Assembly: GCA_019704295.1 (NCBI GenBank)
Contig: AP024596.1
Location: 1,344,001 to 1,408,000 of the forward strand
DNA length: 64,000 bases
Direction: 5' to 3'
From: Sulfolobales archaeon HS-7
Lineage (GTDB): Archaea > Thermoproteota > Thermoprotei_A > Sulfolobales > Sulfolobaceae
Shown here: one piece after another, positions 61,520 through 64,000 of the stretch
Layout of the letters: the number at the start of each line of letters is the position of its first letter
Position numbering within the stretch: position 1 is the first letter of the stretch
Program-made: the position numbers and the translations under genes
Notes under the pieces: model-generated
Seen by the model: only the letters and a program-made list of their open reading frames with translations
What the model was told of the DNA's origin: nothing
The model's database searches: none

Positions 61520-61860
61520 CAAGTATAAGCTTAGTGAGAAGTAATAGAATTTATAGCTTTGTTAAGAACTCAAAAAATTGAAGAAAGGTTTATGGTGAGG
61601 AAGCCTGTATTATCACGTAGTGAACGGAGATGGTAATACCGAGTCTCTCAACACAAGAACCTAGAATAAGGTATAAATTACTTTCCGTGTTGAACTTCAA
61701 GGGGAGAAAGGTAGGGGAGTGGTGAATACGCTGGTATAAGCGTGCTTGCGGAATGTGGAGAGAAATTCCTGGGAAAACGAGGTGTCGCCTCAAACCGTGA
61801 GGGACTACGCTGAGGAGCATGGAAATGAGGTGATCGAGAGGCTTCCACGGGGAAAACACG
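61520..61860 (+). mobile_element. Truncated ISH3-family (ISC1359/ISC1439-like) insertion sequence remnant
   Basis: From ATG 61630: 'MVIPSLSTQEPRIRYKLLSVLNFKGRK', then a frameshift and stop, then 'ACL...VSPQTVRDYAEE.G.EVIERL', the N-terminus typical of these transposases; ends approximate. Confidence 0.7.
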
Positions 61861-62374
61861 TTGCACCAGGGATGAGGATAGCTATGCCCTACGATGTTGA
61901 TGTAGGTAGCGTTCTGGACTCCCGTTACCATAGCTGTGTTAGAGGCGAAGCGTGTAGTGCCTTATAGAGGTTCGGTCTGTTTCACCCGTCGCGGAGGATT
62001 TTGCAAATCGCACGAGCTATCGCGTATAACCTCTCAAACTGTTCTCTCACATCTGTAATAACATTACAGTTACCCTTATTTCTCTTACCACTGGTATATG
62101 TCTGGATTATTTCATATAGAGCTATTCTAATCTAACTAGAATATTACAATTCAGAATGAACACGTTAACGGCTCAAATCCCCATGTGGTCATTATGGTAG
62201 TATTGAATTAAATTTATTACGGTTGTTGAAATAAATCCGCGATGGAGACGTGAATTGCCCCAACAGTTTTACAACGAGAGGATTACAACGCAATCTCTCT
62301 TTATTGAAAAGATTTCAGAGTTCCTTTGACGATGCTATAGTATGGTTTTTAAATATGGCGTAGAGATGTTAATT

Positions 62375-63271
62375 ATGGTAATAACAAAAGTAAACATCGA
62401 CGGATTCAGAGGACTTAAGGTGAACGCTGAGCTCAATAAGGTCAATATAGTAGTAGGGGAGAACGGTACTGGGAAAACTTCCTTTCTTGAAGCAATATTT
62501 TTATCAACTCTTTTCCAATCATATGAGAACGATTCCGACTTTATTACTTCATTCACATACGCAATGAATAGTAGAGGTGACGTACTTTCAGCTTTTTCCA
62601 CACTTTCAGATAGTGTAATAACTATTGATCATACCACGGTTAGTTTTAGGAAAAAAGATCTGTATAACTTAGAAGCGTACGTAAACGAGGATAAAGTTGC
62701 GGAAGTAAATGTGAAAAATGCGTTACTTAGTATGGAGGGACTTTCTGGGCCATTACTATTACCTTTAGTAGTAATCCAGAAAAAAGTGAATAACGGGTAC
62801 TACCCGATATATATTTCAACTTTCTTTGATAATGCCGGCAATCCGGAAAAGATTTTCAGTGTTGCAAAAAGGAAAAATAGGGAGATTAAATCTGAGTTTG
62901 AAATACTACTGGATGAATATGGGCAACCCAGGTTACACTATAACTTATTACCTGCCTACGTCATGGGTAGAGGTATTCTTAAGAAGGAGATGATAAAGTT
63001 CAGCCTTACCGCTTCTAATTTATTGCTTATAGACGAGATCGAGGATTCTTTACACCCTGATTTAGTAATGCAAGTCCTGAACGACATTAAACAAAGTGGT
63101 ATACAAACAATATTTACAACCCATGTAAACGAGGTAATAAAAATGGCTTCTAAGGTATTTGACGAAAATGAGAGCACTATACTTTACTTCACTAGGGGAG
63201 GGTGTAAGACGTATAAATTCTCGGAGGTTTCAGAATTTGATAAGCCCTTAAGTTGGCTCGGATATCTGTGA
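62375..63271 (+). CDS. ABC-type AAA ATPase (AAA_15/AAA_21-like); start probably ATG 62375
   Basis: 'IDGFRGL', GENGTGKT Walker A, 'LLIDEIEDSLHP' Walker B/D-loop, 'FTTH' H-switch; TTTAAATA box upstream. Confidence 0.85.
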   Translation: MVITKVNIDGFRGLKVNAELNKVNIVVGENGTGKTSFLEAIFLSTLFQSYENDSDFITSFTYAMNSRGDVLSAFSTLSDSVITIDHTTVSFRKKDLYNLEAYVNEDKVAEVNVKNALLSMEGLSGPLLLPLVVIQKKVNNGYYPIYISTFFDNAGNPEKIFSVAKRKNREIKSEFEILLDEYGQPRLHYNLLPAYVMGRGILKKEMIKFSLTASNLLLIDEIEDSLHPDLVMQVLNDIKQSGIQTIFTTHVNEVIKMASKVFDENESTILYFTRGGCKTYKFSEVSEFDKPLSWLGYL

Positions 63272-63464
63272 AAGTAAATACTACGATGTAATGTAATTTT
63301 CCTAGAGGGGATTCATGGAAAGTTCTTTTAGAGAGAAAGGATGTTCAGGAAGGGGGCGTTATCACTTCCCTATAATCTTTAGGGGATTTTCGATTAAATA
63401 GCAATTACGGTTTGTCAGAATTTCACATGGTCTACAAGATCGCACTCCCATCTCCTCTGTGTTT

Positions 63465-64000
63465 TTACTCCAAATACCTGTCCGGTGTTAATGTAAACCT
63501 CCATAAGGGAACTACCTTTACCCTTTTCCCGTTTCTCAAAACGTGTTCCCCGTCGTTATCCAACGTTAAGAGCAGGAGATTAAACCCCTTAAATTTTTCC
63601 GAGAACTTCTCCAATGCACCCAACTTCCTTTCCCTTAAACCCTCTAATTCATAGCTTACTTGTATTGCAACGTTCACTTGACCTAGGACTATGAAGTTAA
63701 CCTCAATTTCCCCACTACTATAGTAGACATCGTAAGACTTAGAGTTGTAATACCTGAATCTCAGTAACTCGATCAGAACCGCGTTTTCCATTTTCCTCTC
63801 CATATTTTCTCCGCTGACAAACGAAGAGTAAATGCCGGGATCAATTGTGTAAACCTTCCTCGGTACTTCTCCAACGTCTTACCAGTGAACCTCCTCAACA
63901 GGACGAAGAGGAAGGAGTTCTGTAAGCAGTCGAGGTAGTTGTTTACCGTCTGATGAGATAAGGAAAACGCATTACCTAGCCTTATCGTCGAGACCTCCCT
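63465..64000 (-). pseudogene. AAA_14/DUF4143 ATPase, 3' part, frameshifted; runs off the window
   Basis: 'TVNNYLDCLQNSFL', frameshift at ~63865, 'PRKVYTIDPG...MENAV...EVNF...AIQVS...VPLWRF'. Confidence 0.8.

Noticed and set aside
101-63654. Many short ORFs antisense to or nested in called genes (e.g. 6446-6871, 24070-24564, 41646-41972)
   Set aside because: Shadow frames of well-supported CDSs; no tRNA or rRNA genes were recognised in the window either

Overview
A chromosomal window from a thermoacidophilic archaeon of the order Sulfolobales, judged from leaderless TATA promoters and from DUF973, thermopsin, Cmr7, MerH and DUF3782 genes. Intact genes: a COG1361/FtsX-permease operon, merH-merA with an operator palindrome, MMPL plus an Lrp-type regulator, a YVTN beta-propeller surface protein, prolyl oligopeptidase, an MDR dehydrogenase, a GT4 glycosyltransferase, a complete AT-rich type III-B Cmr-beta operon (cmr7-4-5-1-6-cas10-3), a vapBC pair, an M1 aminopeptidase, a carotenoid cluster (crtB-crtY-GT2-like / crtZ-crtI), ECF A-A'/T genes, a GH116 glycosidase, an orphan Mo/W-type binding protein, thermopsin, a CDF transporter and two DUF3782-like nuclease-fold genes with perfect tandem DNA repeats. 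A 16-repeat CRISPR array follows vapBC. Its 30-nt repeat resembles the bacterial type I-B family rather than the usual 24-25-nt Sulfolobales repeats, and some spacers are duplicated or triplicated. No cas1, cas2, cas4, cas6 or csx1 is in the window. Intergenic DNA holds several features missing from the ORF track: an ~300-bp SMN1-like IS200/IS605 MITE that appears to keep a TnpB omegaRNA scaffold and a TTTAA motif, IS256 and ISH3 transposase remnants, decayed HEPN-MNT and vapBC-like modules, and frameshifted methyltransferase and AAA/DUF4143 genes. The best leads are the Cmr-beta module paired with a foreign-type repeat (plus repeat-like sequences in the leader region and inside vapC), the orphan omegaRNA MITE, and a candidate archaeal zeaxanthin glycosyltransferase. 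All family calls come from reading motifs by eye; no searches were run.
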